Source: Microbacterium sp. (GTDB lineage Bacteria > Actinomycetota > Actinomycetes > Actinomycetales > Microbacteriaceae). Taken from it: a stretch of DNA of 32,505 nucleotides. The stretch's first letter is position 1. Each line of letters begins with the position of its first letter. This document shows positions 8,729-16,757 of this stretch, piece by piece. The position numbers and the translations under genes were made by a program. The notes under the pieces were generated by a model, which worked only from the letters and a program-made list of their open reading frames with translations, made no database searches and was not told where the DNA came from. The stretch is from assembly GCA_040509015.1 (NCBI GenBank), contig JBEVLS010000079.1, forward strand, positions 1 through 32,505. Reading direction: 5' to 3'.

Positions 8729-9477
8729 GAGCGGGAGGGCCCTTCTGTCGGGGATTCGAGGGCGGTGCTGTTGCTCACGGACCGGGAGGCCCGTCGGTCG
8801 CGGACGGCCTCCACGGCGACCCAGACCAGCGTCGCGACGGCGATCCCCTCCAGGAAGCCGGCGACGACATCGCTCAACCAGTGCGCCTGGAGATAGGTGC
8901 GGCTCCACATCATGAGCAGCACCCACACGACGCCGGCGACCCACACCCATCCGCGGCGGAGGAGGAGAGCCAGGACGACGGCCACGGTCGTCGCCACGGC
9001 GGTGTGACCGGAGGGGAACGACGTGGCCATCCGTTCCGCGAGCGAGTCCGCTGGACGCGACCGGGCGATGACGGCCGCCATCGGTGCTCCGATCGCCACG
9101 ACGACGACCATCGCGATGGCCAGAGTGGCCGCATCCCACCGACGTCTGCGCCAGAGGAACACCGCGATCAGGAGGAGACCGACGACGATCATTCCGATCG
9201 TGCCGCCCACGATCGCGGGAATCCAGGCGACGAAGACCAGCGGCGCGCTGGATGTCGCCACCATCAGGTCGTGCCACCACAGGTCGGCGGCGAGGGGATC
9301 GTGGTCGCCGAGCGCCACGACGAGGCGGAGGGTGACGAAGGCGACTGCCGCTGCGATCCCGACGATCAGCGCGACCGCGCGCCTCGCGTCCGGCGCCTCG
9401 GACGACGCCGAAGACGGCTCGGTGCCGCCGGCGAGCGGCCGCGTGCTCCCCTGGTCAGGCGATGGGGTCATTGTCAC
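8725..9477 (-). CDS. PAP2-family phosphatase (undecaprenyl-diphosphatase-like)
   Basis: RSRP, SFPSGH and SRTYLQAHWLSDV motifs; several TMs. Start is GTG 9477 or ATG 9471. Confidence 0.9.
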   Translation of the reverse strand: MTMTPSPDQGSTRPLAGGTEPSSASSEAPDARRAVALIVGIAAAVAFVTLRLVVALGDHDPLAADLWWHDLMVATSSAPLVFVAWIPAIVGGTIGMIVVGLLLIAVFLWRRRRWDAATLAIAMVVVVAIGAPMAAVIARSRPADSLAERMATSFPSGHTAVATTVAVVLALLLRRGWVWVAGVVWVLLMMWSRTYLQAHWLSDVVAGFLEGIAVATLVWVAVEAVRDRRASRSVSNSTALESPTEGPSRS

Positions 9478-9715
9478 GGATGCTGCGCCGCGTGACGCGC
9501 TCCCCCGTGCCCGGGTCGACGGACGTCCGCGCCACCGTCTCGGTCTGTCGACGACGGAGCATCAGCACGAGGCTGATGAGGAACACCACGACCCCGGCGC
9601 CCATCAGGATGTAGCCGATCAGGTCGAGGTCGACATAGCCACCGGTGTCGATGTTGACCGCGAAGGCCAGGATCGCTCCGATGACGAAGAGCGCGATGCC
9701 GCTTCCGATTCCCAT
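9455..9715 (-). CDS. Small two-TM membrane protein (DUF6458-like)
   Basis: GGGAGGT RBS before ATG 9715; MGIGSGIALFVIGAILAFAV...DLIGYILMGAG pattern. Confidence 0.85.
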   Translation of the reverse strand: MGIGSGIALFVIGAILAFAVNIDTGGYVDLDLIGYILMGAGVVVFLISLVLMLRRRQTETVARTSVDPGTGERVTRRSIRDNDPIA

Positions 9716-9764
9716 GACGTACCTCCCTGAGGACCGCGGACGCCGCCCCCGACAGGCAACCATA

Positions 9765-9784
9765 GACTCAACAGGTACTGAGTC
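9765..9784. promoter_or_regulatory. Perfect inverted repeat GACTCA-N8-TGAGTC, probable operator of the ArsR-ArsC fusion
   Basis: GACTCA 9765-9770 and TGAGTC 9779-9784 in an AT-richer divergent intergenic region, 32 nt upstream of an HTH gene. Confidence 0.65.
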
Positions 9785-9816
9785 AACATCCATGGACCTA
9801 CCTGGATGGACGTGAT

Positions 9817-10491
9817 ATGGATGAGTGGATGAGCGAGCTCGAGCGACGCGTGGCGATCTTCGCCGCCCTGGCGGATCAGACGCGCCTGCGGATCGTGGAC
9901 CTGCTCACCCTGGGGGATCTGTCGTCATCCGAGATCGGCGACGCGCTCGATCTGCGATCGAACCTCGTCGCCCACCACCTGCGCACGCTGGAATCCGCCC
10001 ACATCATCACGCGCTGGAGGTCGGAGTTCGATCGGCGCCGAAGCTACATCGGGCTGCGCGCAGAGGTCTTCGACACGCTCGCCCCCGCGAGTGTCGAGAT
10101 CCCCACGCGGGTGCTCTTCGTCTGCACGGCGAACTCCGCCCGCTCGCAGCTGGCTGAGGTGATCTGGCGCGATTCGAGCCCCGTCCCCGCAGCATCCGCC
10201 GGGACACGGCCCGGCGCCGCGGTCAATCCCGGCGCCGCCGCATCGGCCTCACGCCACGGGCTGCGCATCGACACCGCCCGCCGCCCCCGACACATCGACG
10301 AGGTGAGGGCCGACGGGGATCTGGTGATCACCGTCTGCGACGACGCGCACGAGCGACTCGACAGCCGTGACGATCTTCACTGGTCGATCCCCGACCCGGC
10401 GGCGAAGGGCACCGCCGAGGCTTTCGACTCCGCGTTCGACACCATCCGTCATCGGATCAGCGCGTTCTCATCGCGTCTGTCGGTCGCGTGA
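9817..10491 (+). CDS. ArsR-type HTH fused to an LMW-PTP/ArsC-like domain
   Basis: N-terminal FAALADQTRLRIV...SNLVAHHLRTL wHTH; C-terminal VLFVCTANSARSQLAE, ITVCD and HWSIPDP. Alternative start ATG 9829. Confidence 0.9.
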   Translation: MDEWMSELERRVAIFAALADQTRLRIVDLLTLGDLSSSEIGDALDLRSNLVAHHLRTLESAHIITRWRSEFDRRRSYIGLRAEVFDTLAPASVEIPTRVLFVCTANSARSQLAEVIWRDSSPVPAASAGTRPGAAVNPGAAASASRHGLRIDTARRPRHIDEVRADGDLVITVCDDAHERLDSRDDLHWSIPDPAAKGTAEAFDSAFDTIRHRISAFSSRLSVA

Positions 10492-10745
10492 GACCGCCTC
10501 TCGCGGACCCGATGCTCGAGATCGTGGTCCTTCTCGCCGGCGCCGTCGACGCCCTGGACGGGGGTTTCGACGCGAGCCCGCGACCGTGGGCGGCGGATGT
10601 CGGCTCCTTCGCCGACCTCGCGATCGAGCACGCGATCCAGGCGCTCGACGCCGCGGTCTTCGCGGCGATCGGATCGGGAACCTCGATCGCCGCGATCGAA
10701 GCGGCCATCGGACGGCCCTTCGACGAGCCGGACTGGTTCGCCTGA
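10488..10745 (+). CDS. Hypothetical acidic, Ala-rich protein (85 aa)
   Basis: GTGA overlap with the stop of the fusion gene; plausible helical composition; no recognised family. Confidence 0.55.
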   Translation: MRPPLADPMLEIVVLLAGAVDALDGGFDASPRPWAADVGSFADLAIEHAIQALDAAVFAAIGSGTSIAAIEAAIGRPFDEPDWFA

Positions 10746-10801
10746 CCCGTCGCCCCACTGCCCGGACATCGCGCTGATGCTGTGATCGGGGCGCGCCGCT
10801 G

Positions 10802-10807
10802 TAGCCT
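10802..10807 (+). promoter_or_regulatory. Putative -10 (TAGCCT) for the small basic protein gene
   Basis: TAnnnT hexamer about 40 nt upstream of ATG 10849. Confidence 0.4.
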
Positions 10808-10848
10808 CACGGACACAGGGTCACCGTGGCTCTCAGAGGAGCACGTCC

Positions 10849-10992
10849 ATGGGTGAGAAATCCACGCGCAAGCAAGGCAAGACCGCGCCCGCCAAGACTC
10901 TGAAGGAGAAGCGCACCGCCAAGGCCGACAAGAAGTCGGCGAACAGCCGTGCGGCCGAGACCGAGGCCGTCTCGAGGGTCAAGAACCGGTAG
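10849..10992 (+). CDS. Small Lys-rich basic protein (47 aa), not in the ORF track
   Basis: AGAGGAG RBS at 10835-10841, ATG 10849, MGEKSTRKQGKTAPAKTLKEKRTAKADKKSANSRAAETEAVSRVKNR, TAG 10990-10992; mostly G/C-ending codons; followed by a hairpin. Confidence 0.8.
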   Translation: MGEKSTRKQGKTAPAKTLKEKRTAKADKKSANSRAAETEAVSRVKNR

Positions 10993-11011
10993 TCGGCGGA
11001 CCTCCACCCGA

Positions 11012-11048
11012 GCCCGCCCCGGACGCCCGCATCGCGTCCGGCGCGGGC
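11012..11048 (+). terminator. GC-rich stem-loop after the small protein gene
   Basis: GCCCGC-C-CCGGACGC / loop CCGCATC / GCGTCCGG-C-GCGGGC: 14 pairs with one mismatch; no U-tract. Confidence 0.55.
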
Positions 11049-11174
11049 CGTCGACAGACCCCTGGCGCGGCGGCGCGTTCGCCCCTATCGTGACCAGTGC
11101 GTCGGGCGTCGAAGGCGCATCCCCCCATTGGCAGCGTCGCCCGCGCCCCGCGGCGCCGATGATCGGAAGCCGAT

Positions 11175-11906
11175 ATGCCAGACAGCAGCAAGCCCACCAT
11201 CGTCCTCGTCCACGGCGCCTGGGCCGACTCCTCGAGTTGGAACGCCGTCATCCCCACCCTGCAGGCCGAGGGATTCACCGTCCTCGCCCCGCCGAACGAG
11301 CTGCGAGGCCTCACCGGCGACTCCGCGTACATCGCGTCGTTCCTCGCGCAGCGCACCAGCGGGCCCGTCGTCCTCGTCGGGCATTCGTACGGCGGCGCGG
11401 TCATCACGAACGCGGGACTCGCCGGCGACGTGCGCGCGCTGGTCTACGTCGACGCGTTCATCCCCGAAGAGGGCGAGACGGTCCTCGGCATCCTCGAGGG
11501 CTCCGGTTCGGCACTGGCGGTCGCCGACCCCACGACGGTGCTCGACCTGGCGGGCTACCCCGGAGCGCCCGAGGGCGCGGCGGACGCGTGGCTCAAGCCG
11601 GAGGTCGTCCATGAATCCTTCGCGCAGGACCTGCCCGAGAAGGAGCGCCTCCTCATCGCGGCGACGCAGCGCCCGGCGTCCATCGTCGCGAACGTGACCC
11701 CGTCGGGACCGGCGGCATGGAAGTCGATCCCCAGCTGGGCCGTGCTCGGCACCGAGGACAAGGTCATCCCGATCGACACCAAGCGCCGGATGGCGGAGCG
11801 TGCCGGGTCGACCGTGACCGAGGTCGAGGCGTCGCACGTGTCGATGGTGTCGCACCCGCAGGCGACCATCGACGCGATCCACGCCGCCGCGGAGTCCATC
11901 GGCTGA
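11175..11906 (+). CDS. Alpha/beta hydrolase (Abhydrolase_6 type)
   Basis: LVHGAWAD, nucleophile elbow GHSYGG, GTEDKVIP (Asp) and ASHVSM (His). Confidence 0.92.
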   Translation: MPDSSKPTIVLVHGAWADSSSWNAVIPTLQAEGFTVLAPPNELRGLTGDSAYIASFLAQRTSGPVVLVGHSYGGAVITNAGLAGDVRALVYVDAFIPEEGETVLGILEGSGSALAVADPTTVLDLAGYPGAPEGAADAWLKPEVVHESFAQDLPEKERLLIAATQRPASIVANVTPSGPAAWKSIPSWAVLGTEDKVIPIDTKRRMAERAGSTVTEVEASHVSMVSHPQATIDAIHAAAESIG

Positions 11907-11925
11907 CCCGGGCGACCTCGTCCGC

Positions 11926-12711
11926 TCAGCGAGGCAGCACTCGGTGCGAGAGGCTTCGCACCGAGGGCAGCCGGCGCCGGAAGCGCAGCAGCTCGCCGAG
12001 CTCCGCCAGGCGGCGACGCACTCCCCACACCGTCACGCGCAGCAGCGACTCCACCACGATCGAACCGCTCATCTTCGACTCGCCGTGCTCTCGTTCGACG
12101 AACGTGATCGGCACTTCGACCACGCGGAGTCCCTGCCTGAGCGCGCGCCAGAGCAGATCCACCTGGAAGCAGTAGCCCTGCGAGCTCACGCGCGACAGGT
12201 CGATCCGCTGCAGCGCCCGCGCGCTGAAGACGCGGTAGCCGCCCGTGGCGTCGCGCACGTCGATCGCCAGCGCGATGCGCGTGTAGGCGTTGCCTCCCCT
12301 GCTGAGCAGGAGTCTGCGACGCGGCCAGTTGACGACCTTCCCTCCCGGCACCCAGCGCGAGCCGAGCACCAGGTCGTGGTCGACGAGCTGCTCCACCATG
12401 CGCGGCAGGTCCTCGGGACGATGCGATCCGTCGGCATCCATCTCGACCAGCGCCCAGTACCCGCGCTCGAGCCCCCATGCGAAGCCGGCGAGATACGCGC
12501 CGCCGAGGCCGTCCTTCGTGGCGCGGTGGAGCACGCTGACCTCGGGATGCAGGAGCGCGAGGGCGTCGGCGAGCTCGCCCGTCCCATCGGGCGAGGCATC
12601 GTCCACGATCAGGATGTCGGTGTGGTCGTTGGCGGCCAGAACGCGGCGGACGATCGACTTGAGGTTCGCGATCTCGTTGTAGGTGGGGATGATGACGAGC
12701 GTTTCGAGCAC
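11926..12711 (-). CDS. Polyprenol monophosphomannose synthase (GT2, Dpm1/Ppm1-like)
   Basis: IIPTYNE, VDDASPDGT, GLGGAYLAGF, EMDADGSH, GSRWVPGG, DATGGYR, GYCFQV and REHGESKM motifs; GAAGGAG RBS before the GTG. Confidence 0.92.
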   Translation of the reverse strand: MLETLVIIPTYNEIANLKSIVRRVLAANDHTDILIVDDASPDGTGELADALALLHPEVSVLHRATKDGLGGAYLAGFAWGLERGYWALVEMDADGSHRPEDLPRMVEQLVDHDLVLGSRWVPGGKVVNWPRRRLLLSRGGNAYTRIALAIDVRDATGGYRVFSARALQRIDLSRVSSQGYCFQVDLLWRALRQGLRVVEVPITFVEREHGESKMSGSIVVESLLRVTVWGVRRRLAELGELLRFRRRLPSVRSLSHRVLPR

Positions 12712-12774
12712 GGGGTCTCCTTCAGAAGGGGCGGATGCGACGCGGAGCGACGCGCGGGGGAAGCGGTCGTCGCC

Positions 12775-13938
12775 TCATCGCGCCTGCTCCAGGGGCGGGC
12801 ATCCGCCGAGGGCGGAATCGGCGAGCATCGCCGAGGACAGCGCGATCCACGCGTGGCCGTAGTACGTGGGGAACTCGGAGCCGAGAGCGGAGGCACGGGC
12901 GAGGTCGTCGCGCGCACGCTCGTCGTCTCCGCCCGAGATCTCGGCTGCGCCTCGCGCCGCGATCCCCAGTGCACTGCGCTCCTCCGACAGCGCTCCGCCG
13001 CCGAGGTCGAGACGTGCGGCGGGCTCCTCCTGGTACGAGAGCGCGGGAAGCACGGATGCCGCCAGCTCGACATCGGCGGGGTCGCACGATTCGGCGTACC
13101 GCAGCACCAGACGGGGCGCATCGAAGCCGTACTGCACCGGGTCCCCCGTTCCGAAGGGACCCGGCATCGGCTCGATGCGTCCGTCGGCCTGGATCTGGGC
13201 CCAGTCCGGCGGCAGATCGGTCGCATCGAGGATCGCCGTGGTGACGGCCCTGCTGCCCGTGGTCAGCTCGTCCCAGCGCGCATCGCCCGTCGCCGCCGCG
13301 AGGACGTCGAACGCCGCCGGCGACGCGTAGCTCGGGTTGTAGGGCAGCGGGCTGCGGTCGGCCGCCCACAGACCGGGCAGGAGGATCCGCCCGTACGACG
13401 TCTGCGCGGTGAGCCGATCGAGGATCACCTCGCTCAGATCGATCCCCGCCTCGGTGAAGTCCGGCCGCTCGAAGCGCTCGCCCGCGAGGACGAGGGCGCG
13501 CGCCGCGTCGAGGTCGGCATCCGATGCCGGTTCGTCGTCGACGACGGCGCCGTCCTCCCACTGCCAGGCCATCAATCCGTCGGGCCGCACGAGCTCGTCG
13601 GTGGTCCAGCGCCAGATGGCGTCGAACGAGTCCTCGTCGTCGGCGACCACCGCGGCGAGCAGGCCGTACGCCTGCCCCTCGCTCACGGTGTCATCGCCCT
13701 CGTCCCGCCGCACGACGCGGCCGTCGTCGTCGACCCACTCGTCCAGGAACGCCTGGGCGTACGCGACGGCATCGAGGTCGGCGGGCTGGGTGGACGCCGA
13801 TGCGGTCGGAGTCGCGTCGGGATCCGGCGGTCCGGTGCCGTCCGCATCGGGCTGCGACGCGACGGCGACGACTCCGACGGTCGCCCCGATCGCCAGGACG
13901 CCGGCGGCTGCGATGCCCAGGACTGCGCCGCGCCGCAT
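12775..13938 (-). CDS. Secreted or membrane-anchored GH8 glycoside hydrolase (BcsZ-like endo-beta-1,4-glycanase)
   Basis: ATG 13938 in a TGATG overlap. N-terminal hydrophobic anchor and Pro/Thr/Ala linker; TVSEGQAYGLL, GLMAWQW, ASDADL, NPSY and GFDAPR motifs. Confidence 0.9.
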   Translation of the reverse strand: MRRGAVLGIAAAGVLAIGATVGVVAVASQPDADGTGPPDPDATPTASASTQPADLDAVAYAQAFLDEWVDDDGRVVRRDEGDDTVSEGQAYGLLAAVVADDEDSFDAIWRWTTDELVRPDGLMAWQWEDGAVVDDEPASDADLDAARALVLAGERFERPDFTEAGIDLSEVILDRLTAQTSYGRILLPGLWAADRSPLPYNPSYASPAAFDVLAAATGDARWDELTTGSRAVTTAILDATDLPPDWAQIQADGRIEPMPGPFGTGDPVQYGFDAPRLVLRYAESCDPADVELAASVLPALSYQEEPAARLDLGGGALSEERSALGIAARGAAEISGGDDERARDDLARASALGSEFPTYYGHAWIALSSAMLADSALGGCPPLEQAR

Positions 13939-14747
13939 CAGACGGCCCTCCACGCGGTGCGCGGGACGGTCTCGCGTTCAGGAGCGGCGAGGTATCCGCC
14001 GCCGGTGGCCACGCCGCCGTCGGGCACGCTTCCGACCGACGCGGAGTCGACGATCGGCAGGATGGTGAGACCGCCGTCGGCGGTGTCGAGGACGAACAGC
14101 GTGCTGACGCTGCCGGCCGCGACCGCGACCTGCGCCGAGTCCTCGATCGAACCGCCGGTGAGTTCGAGCGTCCAGTCGCCCGCCGGGATCTCGGCGTAGC
14201 TCGTCGCCGACCCCGCCCGCGCGCCGCGTGCGATGGCCGTGCCGGTGGATGCCGTCACATCGACGCGCGACGTGAGGGTCGACGCCTGGACGAGGCGGAT
14301 GCGGGCGTTGCCCGCGGCGGGCTGGGTGAGGTCGTCCGAGAACGCCTTGACCTGGAGGTCCTTCGAGGGCCCGTAGGCCGCCACCGTCGTCGCCGTGTCG
14401 TCGGCGATCTGCACCGTCGCCGAGATGACCGGTGCAGTGGCGGCGGACGCCCCCGCGGGCACCATGCTGACGGTGTACGAGCCTGCCGGGAGCTCGGAGT
14501 AGGTCGAGACGTCGCCATAGCCGACGCCCTTGAGCTCGAACAGCGTCGAACCGCCGCGGAGCGCGGCCACACGCACGTCGACCGACTTCGTGTCGGGAGA
14601 CAGGTGACCCAGTCGCAGCCATCCTGCGTCGTCGCCCGGTGCGGCCGACGCCGGGGCGGCGACCAGAGCTCCGATGGCGACGGATGCCGCGGCGACGAAG
14701 GCGACGACGGCTCGGCGGGAGATGCGGGAATTCGTGCGGTTGTTCAT
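13938..14747 (-). CDS. Secreted DUF4397-like beta-sandwich protein
   Basis: Signal peptide (SRR + hydrophobic stretch + ASA-A). Two repeats LRLGHLSPD...VDV and IRLVQAS...VDV, each followed by YxE(L/I)PAG; C-terminal VPDGGVATGGG; GGAAGGA RBS. Confidence 0.82.
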   Translation of the reverse strand: MNNRTNSRISRRAVVAFVAAASVAIGALVAAPASAAPGDDAGWLRLGHLSPDTKSVDVRVAALRGGSTLFELKGVGYGDVSTYSELPAGSYTVSMVPAGASAATAPVISATVQIADDTATTVAAYGPSKDLQVKAFSDDLTQPAAGNARIRLVQASTLTSRVDVTASTGTAIARGARAGSATSYAEIPAGDWTLELTGGSIEDSAQVAVAAGSVSTLFVLDTADGGLTILPIVDSASVGSVPDGGVATGGGYLAAPERETVPRTAWRAV

Positions 14748-14786
14748 GGTGTCCTTCCGGATCGGGGTTCGGATGGTGCGGATGGC

Positions 14787-16757
14787 TCAGGAGAGCGCTG
14801 AGAGCGAGACGGCGTAGCGGAGGACGAGGGAGTCCCCCTCCACGGCGACCTGTGCGGGTGCGAAGGAGCCTGCGAGACCCTCGACCAGGGCAGCGGCGTC
14901 CGCGCTCGGGGCGCCGTCCACCACCGCCGGGGCGCCCGCGATCCGGGTGAGCGCGACCTGGCGGCGAGCGCCGGCATCCTCACCCTCGATCGCCGGGAAC
15001 CCGCCGACGGATACCTCTCCGCCTCCGGCGAGCGCCCCGAGGAGCGCGATCACGCGGGCATCGACGCGCCCGTCGGTGAGCAGCGCCCGGTCGTCCCCGG
15101 AGAGGGCGACGAGCGGGTTCTCGGCGAGTTCTCCGCCCAGTGCCGACTGCGATTCCGCTGCCGCCGTCTGGGCGGCGGCCACCGCATCGGCGCCGTCGAC
15201 CGCGATGCGGCGCACCTCGACGGCCTGATTGCCCTCGCCGAACGACGCGACCACGACGGAGTTGTCGAGGGCGGCGCTCACCTCGGGGAACGCCCCGGGG
15301 AACGACCGCATCGAGTCGGTCGTGATGACGTAGTCGGCGTCGCGCCATCCGTTCGGCGAGATCGCCTGGACGGCCGGATCGGTGTCGAGCTTGTAGTACC
15401 AGACGACGTTGTCGCGATCCCAGCCGGCCTCGACCAGGTCGACCCACATCGCGTCGTCGACGATCAGTCGCTGGTCGCGGGACGCGTTGTCGCCGAGCCA
15501 GGCCTGCGCCTGACGCATCGGGGCGTCGAGGTCGGACAGCAGGAATCCGCGCAGCTGCACGGCCCACAGGGGCACGGCGGCGACGATGGCCGCGGTCGCG
15601 ACTGCGAGCACCCCGAACGCCAGGCCTCGACGCCGGGCGCCGCGCCGACGAGCACGGGCCACCGCGGCATCCGCCACCCCGGCGATCACGAGTGCACCGA
15701 ACGGGATCAGCATGATGACGTACGGCACCGGAAGGTAGCCACCGGGGCGGAACATGAACGCCGTCATCGCCAGCACCAGAACGGCGTACGGACGCAGCCG
15801 TCGATGGAACACGGCACCCACCGCCGCCAGCAGCGACGCGACGATGAACACCGGGTCGAGCTGCCACCACATGCCGAGCGTCGCGCTCATGAGGGAGTCG
15901 GGGTCGAACGGCGACCCGCTGCCCTCGCGGGTGCCCAGCTGGAACAGCACGCCGTCCATGAGGCTCACTCGATCCGGGCCGGCGAAGAGCTCGCCCTTGA
16001 CGGCGGCGAGCACGAGGTAGCTGCCGCCGATGAGGACGAGCAGGCTCGTCGCGACCGACAGCGTGTAGCGCCGGGTCTCGCGCTGCGACGTGCGCAGCAT
16101 CACCCAGATGAGGAACGGCAGCGCGAGCAGGAAGGTCTCCTTCGTGAGCACGGCCACCCCGAACGACACCGCCGCCCCCGCGAAGGCGAGCAGCTGCGAG
16201 CGGCGCTCGGACGCGAGGTAGAACGCGAGCACGAGCCACAGCACCGCGAAGTTGTCGAGGTAGACGGTGCGGTGGAACTGCAGCGCCAGCGGCGAGAGCG
16301 AGAAGATGAGGGCCGCGACCGATGCCGCCGGACGCGTCATGCCGGTCCGTCGCGCGAGCGCCCACAGCAGGATCGCGGCGATCAGCGTCGCGACGATCGA
16401 GGCCTCGCGCCCCGCGAGCACGGCGATGTCCCAGCGGGCGAAGGCGCCCGTCACCTGGGCGTAGCCGGCGATCTGCAGCCAACCGAGCGGCGGGTGGTCG
16501 TACCAGTAGGTGTAGTGGGCGAGCTCGCCGAGGTTCGCGACCGCCCAGGCCTGCGCGGTGTAGGTGCCCTCGTCGTCGATGCGCTGCGGCGAACCGCCGA
16601 TGTTGACGAACGACACCACCGCCGCGACGAGGATCACGGGCGAGATCCACGCGAGGTCGGCGCGGTGGGCGAGGAACCACGCGGCGACCCGCGCGTTGGC
16701 GGCGCGGACGCCCTCGCCGATGCCGGCGAGCACGCCGGGGCTGGTCGTGGTCGTCAT
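14787..16757 (-). CDS. GT-C fold lipid-phosphate-sugar-dependent glycosyltransferase (ArnT/PMT-like) with extracellular C-terminal domain
   Basis: ATG 16757 in an ATGA overlap. IDDEGTY acidic motif after the first TM, YDHPPLGW, YLDN and LTKET motifs; many TMs. The ORF-track 1066-aa call over-extends into the GT2 gene. Confidence 0.88.
   Translation of the reverse strand: MTTTTSPGVLAGIGEGVRAANARVAAWFLAHRADLAWISPVILVAAVVSFVNIGGSPQRIDDEGTYTAQAWAVANLGELAHYTYWYDHPPLGWLQIAGYAQVTGAFARWDIAVLAGREASIVATLIAAILLWALARRTGMTRPAASVAALIFSLSPLALQFHRTVYLDNFAVLWLVLAFYLASERRSQLLAFAGAAVSFGVAVLTKETFLLALPFLIWVMLRTSQRETRRYTLSVATSLLVLIGGSYLVLAAVKGELFAGPDRVSLMDGVLFQLGTREGSGSPFDPDSLMSATLGMWWQLDPVFIVASLLAAVGAVFHRRLRPYAVLVLAMTAFMFRPGGYLPVPYVIMLIPFGALVIAGVADAAVARARRRGARRRGLAFGVLAVATAAIVAAVPLWAVQLRGFLLSDLDAPMRQAQAWLGDNASRDQRLIVDDAMWVDLVEAGWDRDNVVWYYKLDTDPAVQAISPNGWRDADYVITTDSMRSFPGAFPEVSAALDNSVVVASFGEGNQAVEVRRIAVDGADAVAAAQTAAAESQSALGGELAENPLVALSGDDRALLTDGRVDARVIALLGALAGGGEVSVGGFPAIEGEDAGARRQVALTRIAGAPAVVDGAPSADAAALVEGLAGSFAPAQVAVEGDSLVLRYAVSLSALS

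Noticed and set aside
8751-8760. TCGAATCCC-like matches (here on the minus strand, and near 20839) as a possible attR copy of the tRNA T-arm
   Set aside because: Only about 9 bp, inside intact coding sequences, with no acceptor-stem match and no integrase.
10807-11007. 66-aa minus-strand ORF
   Set aside because: Antisense to the better-supported 47-aa plus-strand gene, which has an RBS and hairpin.
11944-14199. Long antisense or alternative-frame ORFs (751 aa here; also 1871-3661, 2317-4212, 5862-7526, 14980-16959, 23135-25336, 29311-31062)
   Set aside because: Arg/Pro/Gly-rich, motif-free shadows of well-supported genes, as expected at this GC content.
14770-14785. Tandem CGGATGG (CCATCCG on the minus strand) upstream of the DUF4397-like gene as a SigK promoter
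   Set aside because: The -35-like CCATCC is present twice but there is no CCGAA at 15-bp spacing (best is CCGAT at 14 bp); too weak to call.
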